Translations under genes and position numbers: made by a program | The notes under the pieces: model-generated | Seen by the model: only the letters and a program-made list of their open reading frames with translations | What the model was told of the DNA's origin: nothing | The model's database searches: none | Part shown: one piece after another, positions 32,321 to 43,435 of the stretch | How positions within the stretch are numbered: position 1 is the first letter of the stretch | Layout of the letters: the number at the start of each line of letters is the position of its first letter | Source of the DNA: Schmidtea nova | Lineage: Eukaryota | Length of the DNA stretch: 64,000 bases | Direction: 5' to 3' | Assembly: GCA_044892505.1 (NCBI GenBank) | Contig: CM097883.1 | Span: 64,108,001-64,172,000, forward strand

Positions 32321-32784
32321 CTGCTGGGCTTTCCAGTCAGCGCCTTTAATCTCACTTTTTATCTCGATCTTTGTTTTCTCTCAACTTCACTCATTATCTC
32401 ATTAGCCTGCTGGGTTTTCCAGTCAGCGCTTTTAATCTCACCTTTTATTTCTGCTTCATTATTCTCGACCTCTATTGTCGTTTCATTAGCCTGCTGGGTT
32501 TTTCCAGTCAGCGCTCTTATTATTCACCCTTTATCTCTTCACTGTCGACTTTTACCTGCTCTTTACTCCGATGATCATCACTTTTGACCTGCTGGGTCTT
32601 CCAGTCAGCGTCCCCAATTTCACCACTTTATTGTTACTCCCTTTTATTCTCTCGATCTTTCCTGATCGTTATCATTGACCTGCTGGGTTTTCCAGCTAGC
32701 GTCTTTACCACTTTTACCTGTCTTAACAAACCGGTTTCATTTTATTCCCATGGAATCTCATGGTCTGCTGGGTTTTCCAGTCAG
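32321..32784 (-). repeat. Array of six spaced ~20-nt bulged stem-loop motifs
   Basis: CTGACTGG-AAAAC-CCAGCAG copies (plus-strand starts 32321, 32407, 32491, 32589, 32680, 32765), 84-98 nt apart. Confidence 0.85.
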
Positions 32785-33112
32785 CACCCTTCACTTACTC
32801 ACTTTACTTTATTACTCCTATGTATGCATACTTTGACGTCGTTAGGCCACATAATCAGCTTTACTCGCATTTATCAATTCCCAGGTGCGCACCTTCAACT
32901 CTCACATTATTACCTCGGTTTCTTTCAACCCTTATTCCTCATTATTCGCTATTCATTTTCACTATTCATCATTTATCCTCATTATCATTTATTCATCTCC
33001 ATTATTGCTTGTTGATCTTCACTATCCGGATAGTTTTATACGTAATTTAGTCCTCATCTGCCTCACTTCGTCGTCTTTCTCGTGGGCTTTTACTCAATAT
33101 TTTATTTCGAAC

Positions 33113-33680
33113 GAGAACTATGCTCACTGCTGAGAACTATGCTCACTAACGAGAACTATGCTCAATGACGAGAACTATGCTCAATGACGAGAACTATGCT
33201 CAATGACGAGAACTATGCTCACTAACGAGAACTATGCTCACTGACGAGAACTATGCTCAATGACGAGAACTATGCTCACTAACGAGAACTATGCTCACTG
33301 ACGAGAACTATGCTCACTGACGAGAACTATGCTCACTGGCAAAACATGGTTGTTATGAGAGTTTTGCTTACTGATGGAAACTCTTTGCTCCGGGGATTAT
33401 GTTCCCCGATGAGAACTATGCTCACTGATGGTGACTACAGGAATTATGCTTCCTGATGAGAACTACGCTCACTACGATGACTATGTTTGTTGATGAGAAC
33501 TACGCTCACTGATGAGGACTATGTTTGCTGTTCTTGTGTTTATTACTGAGAACTCTGCTCACTACGAGAACTATGCTCACTATGATGTTGTGTTTTTATG
33601 ACGAGACCTATGCTCACTAGGATGTTATTTTTATGACGAGACCTATGCTCACTATGAGACCTATGCTCACGAACGAAAAC
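33113..33680. repeat. 19-nt tandem repeat (GAGAACTATGCTCACTGAC)
   Basis: 12 near-perfect units at 33113-33340, then degenerate units to ~33680. Confidence 0.95.
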
Positions 33681-34032
33681 TCGAAATATCATCTCTCAGT
33701 GGTTGCATGTGTTGCTTCGGGATGTTCCTCCCAGTGGTCACTTATGCTTCTTCGGAGAATCTATTGTTGCGTTTCGTTAAGTTCTATCTTTCAAGAACTA
33801 TGGGCAAATCCTTTCTCTCCAGGACCCCTTTTATCATTTCCTTTCTTTCAAGGATTTCCTTTAACCTCGAGTTTTCCATTTACTCGGTTCATCTGTTATA
33901 CCCCTTTATTCTATTATCGATTCGTCAACCTTTCTACTTGATTTTACCTTATGCGAGCTGATTACGTGCCTTTCATCATATACCACGTTTCGCTATTCAT
34001 CTTACTCATTTCATTGCTTTCTCTCTCTCTTT

Positions 34033-34061
34033 ACTGATCAGTTTATCCTCCTATTTTTATA
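34033..34061 (-). promoter_or_regulatory. Candidate internal TATA-Inr promoter
   Basis: TATAAAAA at 34061 and TCAGT ~26 nt downstream; CCAAT boxes upstream. Confidence 0.4.
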
Positions 34062-34371
34062 GTTTTTCTCTGCGCGCGCCTACACCTCATTAAGTTGTCC
34101 CTACCTTTCACCCCAACTAAAATATATAAAAAGATCGCATTGGTCCACTGATGCACGATGTGGTGATCAGTCACATCACAAGAGCTTTCCAATATCCGCG
34201 ATTGGATCCCTTTCTACACATCTCGGGTGAGTTGATCAGTTGGTTCCCCCCAATGGGTGCTTATCGGACTACTCGTAAGTAGCTCATTATTACTTAGGTC
34301 ATTTTTACCAAATCATTGTTAAACCCTCATAATTTCAATAACAACTGCACTTGTTCCAAACTTTATTTCTA

Positions 34372-34809
34372 TTACAAGTACACTGTTATTTTCTCGGATA
34401 CGGGAAGGTTGCACATAGGACATCGTTCGTTTATTTTACAGTTATTACAGAATCGAAAATGCCCACACGGCAACAACATTATCTGTATTTTGTTTATTTC
34501 ACAGATGTAACACGTCAGATACTGTCTCGTATATTCGGTTGTCGTTCTTATCCACTCATCGTGTTTTGTTGCAATCTGTTGTTCTAGCCTGTGGCACTCG
34601 ATATTCATTTCAGGGTTGTTTAATCGCTCTCTATACCACTGATATCGTGTTGTTCTATCCACTGTTATCTTATTCTCACTTATGCTCATCATCATTTCCG
34701 CTCTTTCTGTGTTGTTTGTCGGTTCGTGATATTCTACCACCTCGAGTCGTCTTAGCTTCCTCATTATTGTCTCCACTGTTTCGTTGTTTGTTTCGAAAAA
34801 CGTTTGCAT
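34372..34809 (-). CDS. IAP/MDM2-type C-terminal RING protein (145 aa)
   Basis: CYIC..IMLLPCGHFRFCNNC..CPMC..EKITVYL at the extreme C-terminus; AATAAA right after the stop. Confidence 0.85.
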   Translation of the reverse strand: MQTFFETNNETVETIMRKLRRLEVVEYHEPTNNTERAEMMMSISENKITVDRTTRYQWYRERLNNPEMNIECHRLEQQIATKHDEWIRTTTEYTRQYLTCYICEINKIQIMLLPCGHFRFCNNCKINERCPMCNLPVSEKITVYL

Positions 34810-35367
34810 TTCTTTTATTTTGTTCTCTATCCCCTGAATGAATTCTCATTAATTTTGTTATCGGTTTTTATTTATCATTTATTATTCCTATTCTATGGTA
34901 GCCCTACTGTTCGCTTTCTGTTGTTCTGTTTTGCGTCACTGCGTGTATATCCCCCCGTGTTCTTGAATGTCGCCCCGACATGATCATTGCTAGTTGTCTA
35001 CATTCATATCGTTTTCATGCATACCTTTCAACATACTTTTATATTGCGTCATGCATACCTTTTGTCACTTTTCATACTGTTACTCCACATACTATTTATC
35101 ATGCTTCATTCATCCTCTTATCTTCATTCCATTATCATTCATACTTTCATTCTCATGCATACTTTTATCCCGTTCATCAATCTCATTGTTTTACACATAT
35201 ACTTTTATTTATTATTTTTCAACCCGATTCATTTTTGCTTCAGGACCCTCAAACCCTCTGTTATTCTTTACTTTACTTTTCCTCGCTAAATTCACTTCAT
35301 CCCGGTTCATGCGCTCTAACACTGTCCGCAGATATCGAATTCATTTTTTCCCACAAAAATCGATTTA

Positions 35368-35385
35368 ATCCCGGCTGAGCCCCCA
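35368..35385 (-). promoter_or_regulatory. Primer-binding site, tRNA-Pro type
   Basis: TGGGGGCTCAGCCGGGAT, close to the canonical tRNA-Pro PBS TGGGGGCTCGTCCGGGAT; 6 nt from the 5-prime LTR. Confidence 0.85.
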
Positions 35386-35779
35386 AATTTATGCTGGTGT
35401 GTTGGTTGGATTGACAACTGAGATCCTTAGGATTTTATATGTTAGGGTGATCTCGCCAACATAAAAACATTCCCCCGCTGACACCCATGATGTATCCCTA
35501 ACTACTCATCATGTTGGTGCTGTGTCAACGTTGTGAAATGACAAGGCAGGTGAGCAACCTTTCGGCTACTATTCCCTTGTTTATTCACGGGTCCACCACT
35601 ACCGATAGAAGGTGTTTGTGGTTTTCTTTCGGTCCCACTTATGCTCTTTTCTTTTGTCCTAGGGTTGATTCGATGTTATCATATCTGCAGACTTAAAATG
35701 AACCAGGTTTTTGTTACTTTTAATTCTCATACATGCGTCAAACAAACAAGACAAATCAAAATCATTCATTTATATACAT

Positions 35780-36361
35780 TTATTTATAGTTCAACAGTAC
35801 AGAGGGTCTAATCACATTTAGTAATTCTTGCTCAGAGAGACCACTAAGCAAGTCTACCTCTATCCCTACGCGATCGGCATACGCACGTCTTTCCCTGCGC
35901 CTTTTCGCTCCCAAGCGATTCCTTCTCTTCGTTCGTTTTGAACCTGCTGGCATTGTAGCTGTCACTGCATTAACTGTAGCTTCGGTCGATGTGTTCTCCG
36001 TTTGGGTGCTCGTAGTCACCGCTATCGTGCTTATCCATCGATTAAAGGTGCTTGCTCTGATCACGGGGCGTAATTGCTCAGCGATGAAATCCTGGGTCGA
36101 CACCTTCAAATAATTGGTCAACTCCAATTTCAGGGCTGCGATTTCTCGTGCTTGTTCATCGATCGTTCGTTCCGCTCTGTATCGGGCTTGTAAGATGGCT
36201 TTAACCCTCTCAGGATTAAACCATGTTGTCTTAATTCGCTGGTGCTCCTCATTCAGTTGTCTCAAGCGACTCTCGAGGACACGAGATCGTGCTCTATGTT
36301 CGCGTGCCTCTTGCTTGTATTTTCGATTGGGATTTTCGTCCATATCTGAGTAATGTATCAT
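35780..36361 (-). CDS. LTR-encoded ORF B, second copy
   Basis: Translation identical to 9669-10250. Confidence 0.6.
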   Translation of the reverse strand: MIHYSDMDENPNRKYKQEAREHRARSRVLESRLRQLNEEHQRIKTTWFNPERVKAILQARYRAERTIDEQAREIAALKLELTNYLKVSTQDFIAEQLRPVIRASTFNRWISTIAVTTSTQTENTSTEATVNAVTATMPAGSKRTKRRNRLGAKRRRERRAYADRVGIEVDLLSGLSEQELLNVIRPSVLLNYK

Positions 36362-36538
36362 TAACTAGGGTATATATGCATTGTTTGGTTTCTCAGTCAT
36401 CATTTTATGGTTAAACAACTGCATTCCTATCCTTACTCATTCCTCATGCATCCCAAATCAAAACAAAAACCCTTTTAAATGGATACATATATTTGCAATT
36501 TACAACAGATATTCGTTTATTGGGTGTTGTCCTCGTGA

Positions 36539-37174
36539 TCAATTGTATGGTCGTAACTCTTGGTTGGCCGGGTTCTCGTCTCGGCGAATCCCTGTTTCAT
36601 GGTAGAGTTCCGGGGCTGGATTCCAACTCAGTTGGTTTTGATAAATGAACACCTCCCAGAGGCGAAGGTCTTTGGGCTCGGGGTGTTGATCCACGGAAAC
36701 ACTGCCTGGGGCGTTCGGGTAAACGAAGACTTCCCCAGTGTCACCACACCGAGGCCTGTCTAGCAGCAAATACCCGAGTTGGCCGAATGCCTGCCCGGTC
36801 ATCATTCCGGTGCTTAGTACCCAACGGGGTTGTTGTGTTTCATCTACAAATTGATAGAACCATCTTTCGTATCCATCTTTGGTGGGGTTCGGGGAGGGCG
36901 TCCAATTTACATCACCTTCCCACCTCAGCTGTAGTTGGAATGCACAGGCGGGAAAACTTGCCGCGGTGCTCATATGGGTCCTTGTCCATCGACGCAGGTG
37001 TCTGCGAGCGGAGTTGAAAATTTGGCGTGGGGCCTCCTTCTCTCCTTGAATTTCGGTAGGTAACTTTGGCGTGATGACGGAGCGGATGCGCCGTTTCCTC
37101 CGTAGAATGTACTCCTCTAATTTGACGGTTAGGGGTCCTACCGGCTCCTTTATGAGATATTCTGTTTTCGTCAT
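36539..37174 (-). CDS. LTR-encoded ORF A, second copy
   Basis: Translation identical to 10428-11063. Confidence 0.6.
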   Translation of the reverse strand: MTKTEYLIKEPVGPLTVKLEEYILRRKRRIRSVITPKLPTEIQGEKEAPRQIFNSARRHLRRWTRTHMSTAASFPACAFQLQLRWEGDVNWTPSPNPTKDGYERWFYQFVDETQQPRWVLSTGMMTGQAFGQLGYLLLDRPRCGDTGEVFVYPNAPGSVSVDQHPEPKDLRLWEVFIYQNQLSWNPAPELYHETGIRRDENPANQELRPYN

Positions 37175-38633
37175 GTCGCTCTGAAATGGAATTTTAGGTT
37201 AACTGACAGACTCTATCATCGACCATCGATATTTATGTCGATCAACCTACTTGGTTTATCGTTCTATTAGCCGTAGGCCTTAGTGGTTCGCATATAATTT
37301 ACTAGACCATTGATCGCGGTGTTCATGTAGGTGGTGATTTTACTTGGGTGAGTTGATTCACTCCGCAATTGCAGTTGGTTTTAGCCACGCTCATTTAGGC
37401 TTGTTATTTACAATCATACTTTACGTTACATTAAATTTCTCATCAATCATTTTCATGCATTTAACATGGTTCATTTACAGATCATCATCAGCAACTATCA
37501 AGGTTCACGTCACGGGGAAAATTTAGTAATCCCTTTGTCAACTACTTTGTGGAGAAATGCACTAATTTTATCTACTGTCGGGTCTGACTTTTCATGCCCT
37601 TCGTGGGTTATAGGTATATGTCTGACAGCTCATTCGGTTCGCTACTGCCCTTAGTGCTAATGTCTTTTTGACCGCGATGTTACGCTTTACCTATCTCGAT
37701 TCTCATCGACTTCTGATGTACCAGCACTCCTTGAAGGTACACTCCTTCGTCCAGATACCTCATGCATGTATCTCCCCTTGCGAAATAAGCTTTACCTTGA
37801 TTTGATTTATGACCATTAGCTGTCACTCGATACCCTATCATCATGATATAAAGTGTTGATACTAGGCCGTCTCATCCTTGATTTGGTTCATGATCATTAT
37901 GGCTTATTCGATACCCTATGTGCATTTACCCCTTCCGCTTTCCAAATATTTAGTACACTTATAGTCCCGCCGCATCAGCACCTCACAACCGAAAGATTGT
38001 GTTGCGCTGAGAGGCCCCGAGAATCCGTCAGGCTGTTAGGCCTCCGGAAAACCTTATTGATTTTATTATGGTTAACAATTAAAATTATGAGGGTTAGACA
38101 CATCAATAACATAACACCAAATTACCTTTTATTTCCTTTCCAAATTCGTTTCACAATGATCTCAGTAGTCACAAACAGTTCACACTTGGTAAAGATAACA
38201 TTGTCAAATACTGATTTTACTTCAGTATTTATACTGAACCGGTGTTGTTGGTTAGCCAATCAGCATCGAGTATGTGTGTATGTTTGCTTCATTTTTTATG
38301 TTGTCGGCTTTTTGCTGCCTAACTTAACTCGCCGATTTGTTTGGTTAATCATGCGGTAAGTTTATTTTTTGTACGATTTAATTTTTATTTGATTTTGCTT
38401 TAGGTCTTCGGTGACATCCGCCCACGCGCTGTCATATTCCAATTTTATCTGCTTCGCATGAGTGAGTTTTGAAGATTTTTGTTGTTTTGATTAATATGTT
38501 ATTTCTTTTAGATGTTGCCGCCTATTTTGTTACGCTTTGGTGTTGGTAATTTATTTTGTTGTTATTCTGTGTTTAATTTATTTTATTGATTGTACATTAT
38601 TTTCAGATGCTGCTCGATTTGGCTGGCCCAACA

Positions 38634-38735
38634 GAAGTGTTTGACAGCTCATGAATTGCTAGTAGTTCTCGATCAAATGGTGAATACCTTGTTTGGTGTG
38701 CTTTTAATTTCTTTGAGAAAAACTCATAGATATGA
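38634..38735 (-). pseudogene. Upstream half of the interrupted Gypsy RNase H
   Basis: FSKKLKAHQTRYSPFDRELLAIHE..KHF continues into QHLLE at 9280 across the TSD. Confidence 0.85.
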
Positions 38736-38809
38736 TAAATATGAGATAGCAGGGGATATGCCAACTAATCAATTGGTACCAAATGATTGAGTAGAATGAA
38801 ACAGCTTCC

Positions 38810-39188
38810 TTAACTTGTTGGTAATGTTCTTAGTAACTATGGGAGGTTAAGGCCAGTTAATTCAATAATAGCATATAATTCCAGTAATCCAAGTTTGAGT
38901 AGGATATACTCATTGATTGATACAGTGAAATGCAAGGAAGCATATACCGATAAAGTGATGTTAGGAGAAGATGTCTCGTATCATGTATATCTGCAAACTG
39001 ATTTTTATAGAACTACCATCAGAGAATGTAGGTTGAAAAAGGCAAAGTTTGAATTTTTATGTGGGAGACACAGCTATTTGGTGTTATTAGGAGCAAAACT
39101 GGTACCAAGATCTATGGCAATACTACCAGACGATTGTGATATTACTTTATTTCATTTATGCAACAGAGTTCAAACTTGTGATGATTGA
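38810..39188 (+). pseudogene. Fragment of a paralogous chuvirus-like env N-terminus
   Basis: IYSL..T..CK....YHVY....T..EC....F.F.CGR..Y aligns by eye with the env N-terminus in the polyprotein. Confidence 0.75.
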
Positions 39189-39199
39189 ACATAGTTCAA

Positions 39200-40300
39200 A
39201 CCAAAACGGTTCAATTTGCTGTAATTTGGATTTTATTTTCAAAATCTCTATATTATTACATGTACCAGTTCTTCAATGGCTTTGGCAAACTTGATATCTA
39301 ATTGTAAATTACCATTTTGAGGGACTTGACTTTGATTTAAACCAAAATTGGGAAAAAGAACAAGGTTAAAGAATGGATATTTTGTTTTAACTTCATCGAG
39401 ACTTATAAAACAATTCACGTTTTTATCCAAATATCGTAAATTTCTAACAAGACTTTGCATATATGTGATACTAAAATTATCATTTTCAAAATCTTGATTA
39501 TAGGGTTCTCAATAATCGGTATTTGTCGACAGAGATAATGAAGAAACATTGAAATGTTTGATTATAGATGAAGAAGCAGTATAAATTTCATTATATTGAT
39601 TTTAAGTTTGAAAAGCTGCAAGAATTTGCTCCTTGTAAAATGATAATGCCCTTTACCGATTGCAAAAGATACAATTTTTTTTGATTTTATCGGAAAAATT
39701 GCATGTTTGTTATTTAACCCGATTTGATGTTTAGCTAATACTGAAGATTCACATCGAACTCTTCTAACCATTAATTTTGCGTCTAATATTTGTATTAATA
39801 GTTTCCCGGCTGTAGATATCAATGATAATGCAGAATCAGATCGCTTCAATCTAATATATACATTAACTCCGGGAAGTAAATATTTATGTTGATCCAGAAA
39901 ATTTAGTTTTAATGATGAACACATGTTGAAAAGTCTCGATTCTTTATCCGACTTTTTTCTATCATCAGATGGACCGTATCCCATTGGAGTTAGAAAAGTT
40001 TCTTTGGTATCACTAGTATAATTTAAAATAGTTTCGATTATTGCTTTGTGTGCATATGTATTGTTTCCACCCTCAACTTTTATATTATTAAATCCACGAA
40101 TAGCATCTTTGAAAAGAGTAAGAAACAGCAAATTATTTGGTGCTACATAATTTACATAAGCTAATTTATTTTTATTTTTATCTATAACCTTGACAGTAAC
40201 GGATAATAATGTATCTTTCAAATCTAAATATTCGGTTTGAGAACCGTTAATGTAAATTTCCACATCATTTTTACTATATGTAATAGATTTCATTTAGAAT
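39200..40300 (-). pseudogene. Polinton major capsid protein (decayed)
   Basis: EYLDLKDT, NNTYAHKAIIETILNY, QHKYLLPGVNVYIRLKRS, GNLQLDIKF. Confidence 0.85.
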
Positions 40301-40562
40301 ACATCTTCAAACACCCCATATTCAATAACTGCTTGGAGAAATGGTCGATCAAAAAGACATAATTCAGAATTACCCCAATTCATTCTTCAAATATAGTTCC
40401 ATGTCCTTTCATTCGATTGTTTATACGCTTTATACCCTTTTTACTTATTGTTTCCGGTTCAATTTTGGTAAACATATTTGTAATGGAAGGAAGCATATGT
40501 GATACTACAGGTAAAGCTTTATTAACTGCAGCCAAAGCATTTGTTTTCAATGATGGTAATAT

Positions 40563-40751
40563 TTAATTATCTTTCATAATGACATCTTTAGAAGTTTTCA
40601 TTCCAAAACTACCTATTCGTTTAAGAATTGGAAGTGCAAATCTTCCAATAGTTTTCAACCAGCCTGGTCCATACTGTTTACCTACAAAATAAAGTAAATT
40701 TCCAACAATTTGGCTATTACTGTACAAAGAAACTATACTGGGATTACTCAT
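40563..40751 (-). pseudogene. Polinton small core-like protein
   Basis: QYGPGWLKTIGRFALPILKRIG resembles the conserved Polinton GxG core protein. Confidence 0.55.
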
Positions 40752-40779
40752 CGCTTTTTCAAAAATGTAGAGTCAAATG

Positions 40780-41760
40780 AGGTTTTGAATTTTTTGAAAA
40801 GTTTATTAAATTACCTTTATCATCTCTGATATTAATTTCTATATTGTTTATAAAAGAAGTTGAAACCATTATATACATTGAATTTTCTACTTGTATTTGA
40901 ACAACTTCAACCTCTTCATGTTTTTTCCAATACATACCGATTTTAACATTGGAACTAATGGATTGCCAACAATTATAGGATTGACTATATTACTGTAAAT
41001 GAATAATTGTTGATGAAGTTTAATTATTTTAGGTTTACTTATTCCAAAATTTAATTTTCCATTTTGAACATATCTTTTTTTCGGTTATCCTAAGGTTTTT
41101 GTGAGTTTTTGTCAAAAGTAACTTTAGTAATATCTGTATTCAAACTGAATTTGAAGTAATTATCTTCTACCAATTCCAATGACTTAAAAATACTTCCACA
41201 ATTTTGAATTAAATATGATTCCAATTCCTCCAATTTCGATATGTATAAATTATCGTTAAATCTATATGTAAATTTTCAACTTAATATTTTCCAACTTGTC
41301 TGCAGCTTTGGAATATCCAGGTAGGCGCATCTTGTATGTATCTGTATTACTTTGATAAGTCTGTTTCGGTAATTTCAATCTTTTTTCCATTGCCAAAGTA
41401 TCAAATGTTATAGTGAAGGAATAATTAGAACAATAGACATAAAGAAAATCCTTATCCGTATACAGTTGAACAATATCATCGTAAAGATTAGCTATATCAA
41501 CTCCATCTAGTTCATTATCAATAACAATAATTTTATATTATGACTGCAACTGTTTCTTTTTGTATTTAATTTTAGCTTTACTATAAAATGGAAATGGCTT
41601 ATACACAAACGTAAAGTCCAAGAGAACAACTTCCCAAATACCTTCTAAATAAATCGAATTTTGTAGATTTATCATGAATTTACTGGCAGTATTATCTGGA
41701 TGTATATCGGGACAGCTACTGCTTAGTAAAATAGGATAAAAATTCATTTTACGAGGTTTT
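40780..41760 (-). pseudogene. Polinton minor capsid (penton) protein (decayed)
   Basis: FYPILLSSSCPDIHPDNTASKF..LEGIWEV. Confidence 0.75.
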
Positions 41761-41829
41761 TGATGATGTCCATGATGGGTTTTTATATTCATGCCACTTG
41801 ACATAGTATTGTTTTTTTTTACCCACCAT

Positions 41830-42734
41830 ATTAGATTTCAATATTTTTTGAATTCTAAATATTGTTGGAGGGGAATAACTTGTAATTCTTGTTCATAGAA
41901 TTTTCCACTGACTATATTGTTATCAGAATCGGAAATAGTATACATGACAGGATTCTGGACTGTGTTGATTTTCGATATTTTAAATATCTCATAGCTCCAA
42001 TTACTTTCAAATTTTTAATGAATGGTGATGCACTAATTTTACTAATACAAACATGATCACCTATTTTATAATTTGGTTTCTTTATCTTCGTATCACTCTA
42101 GATGTTTTCAGCGTCAACTAATTCAGCATGTTTCTTTCCATTTATACCTCAATGCGCAGAATTATTTTAACTATGAATCATTTGTGGTTAAACTTTAATC
42201 CATGTTTTATTCCCTTGATGCACAAAATATTTTTCAAACGATCCCTTAAGGTACTATTAAATCTTTCAACATGGGCTGATTTGAATTGAGAGAATACCGA
42301 GTAATGATTGATTCCCTTTAGAATTCCTTTGAATTTAATGTTGTAAAGTTCCTTGTCTACATAAATAATTAACATTTTATAAAAGTAGATTAACTTACCC
42401 AAATCAGTTTGTAAATTATTTGAACGTCCAGTTTTGAACATTGTTTTTTTAATTGCAATAGCCGTTTCATTAACAGATTAAGATTTTACTGGAATAGCCC
42501 GTACAAAACGACTGTAAACATCAATATATGTTAAAATATATATATGTATCCCTTGTTAATTTTTGAATACGGAATCATTTCCAACAAATCCATTTGCCAC
42601 AAATCATTAATTCTATATGTTTTATATGTTTTATATGCTCGAGTTGGAAAGCGTTTCAGCATCAGTTTGTTTAGATTGTATGCATGTTGCCCCGATAACC
42701 AACTTTGAGGATGTTTTTTTCGAATTCGAAACAT
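41830..42734 (-). pseudogene. Polinton RVE integrase (decayed)
   Basis: DLWQMDLLEM..NKGY, LQTDLGK, HVERFNSTL, C-terminal GKFYEQELQ. Confidence 0.9.
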
Positions 42735-42759
42735 TTTTGTCTAGCTTTTCAACTCAACT

Positions 42760-43140
42760 GTAACCGCCGTCGTCTTTTGGGTTCCTCCATATCTTCTCCA
42801 TTACAACAAGAAGATTTTAAGTTTAAATTAAGATTAGGCAATTACTGTTTCATTGTTTGTGACCGTTTTCATAATAAACCAGCACCTCTCAATAATGATA
42901 ATGCCAATGATAACAAGGTTGTGATAAATCCTTTTTGTAGTTTATATATTATTTTACGTATTTTTTTTCTATTTTTTGTTTTTTCAAGTAATAATAATGG
43001 TTTCTTGTGTTTGTTCAAAACCTTTCTATTTGATTCACTTATATTTATTTTACCTTTAACGACTTTAATTAGTAAATCGTCAATAACGTAATTAGGAAAC
43101 GATTGTAAAATACTCTTTCTTCTAATACTAGGTGCTATAG
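42760..43140 (-). pseudogene. Polinton small conserved basic protein
   Basis: KVLNKHKKPL..KLQKGFITTLLSLA pattern. Confidence 0.5.
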
Positions 43141-43363
43141 ATAATTCATTAAAAATAGAAAACTACGATGATGTATTTGTTTTGGTTTTGATTTAAAGTA
43201 TTTTGAATACGATAACTCTGTAGAATATTATCAATAAATATGTTTTTCGGTTGTATATAACTAGTTTTTGAAACTGATTTCTTTGTTTGTCCTATTTCCT
43301 TTGTTTTTCTAGCCTTTATCAAGCGCGAAAACTTTAATTGAAAACTATAATTATAATGATCGT

Positions 43364-43366
<3 letters not shown>

Positions 43367-43430
<64 letters not shown>
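43367..43430. repeat. (TA)n microsatellite; a second tract lies at ~44196-44234
   Basis: Direct reading; the two tracts flank the Penelope fragment. Confidence 0.95.

Positions 43431-43435
<5 letters not shown>

Larger units (their letters stand above)
9281..38633 (-). mobile_element. Giant (29,353 bp) env-bearing Ty3/Gypsy LTR retroelement, Burro-like
   Basis: Paired 3,242-bp LTRs at offset 26,111, TG..CA ends, TSD GAAG (9277-9280 and 38634-38637), PBS, PR-RT-RH-IN order typical of Gypsy. Confidence 0.97.
35392..38633 (-). repeat. 5-prime LTR
   Basis: Direct repeat of 9281-12522. Confidence 0.97.

Noticed and set aside
32321-32784. CRISPR-like repeat-spacer array
   Set aside because: Eukaryotic retroelement context, no cas genes, and spacers are 64-78 nt and partly similar to each other. 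Better explained as a leader hairpin array.
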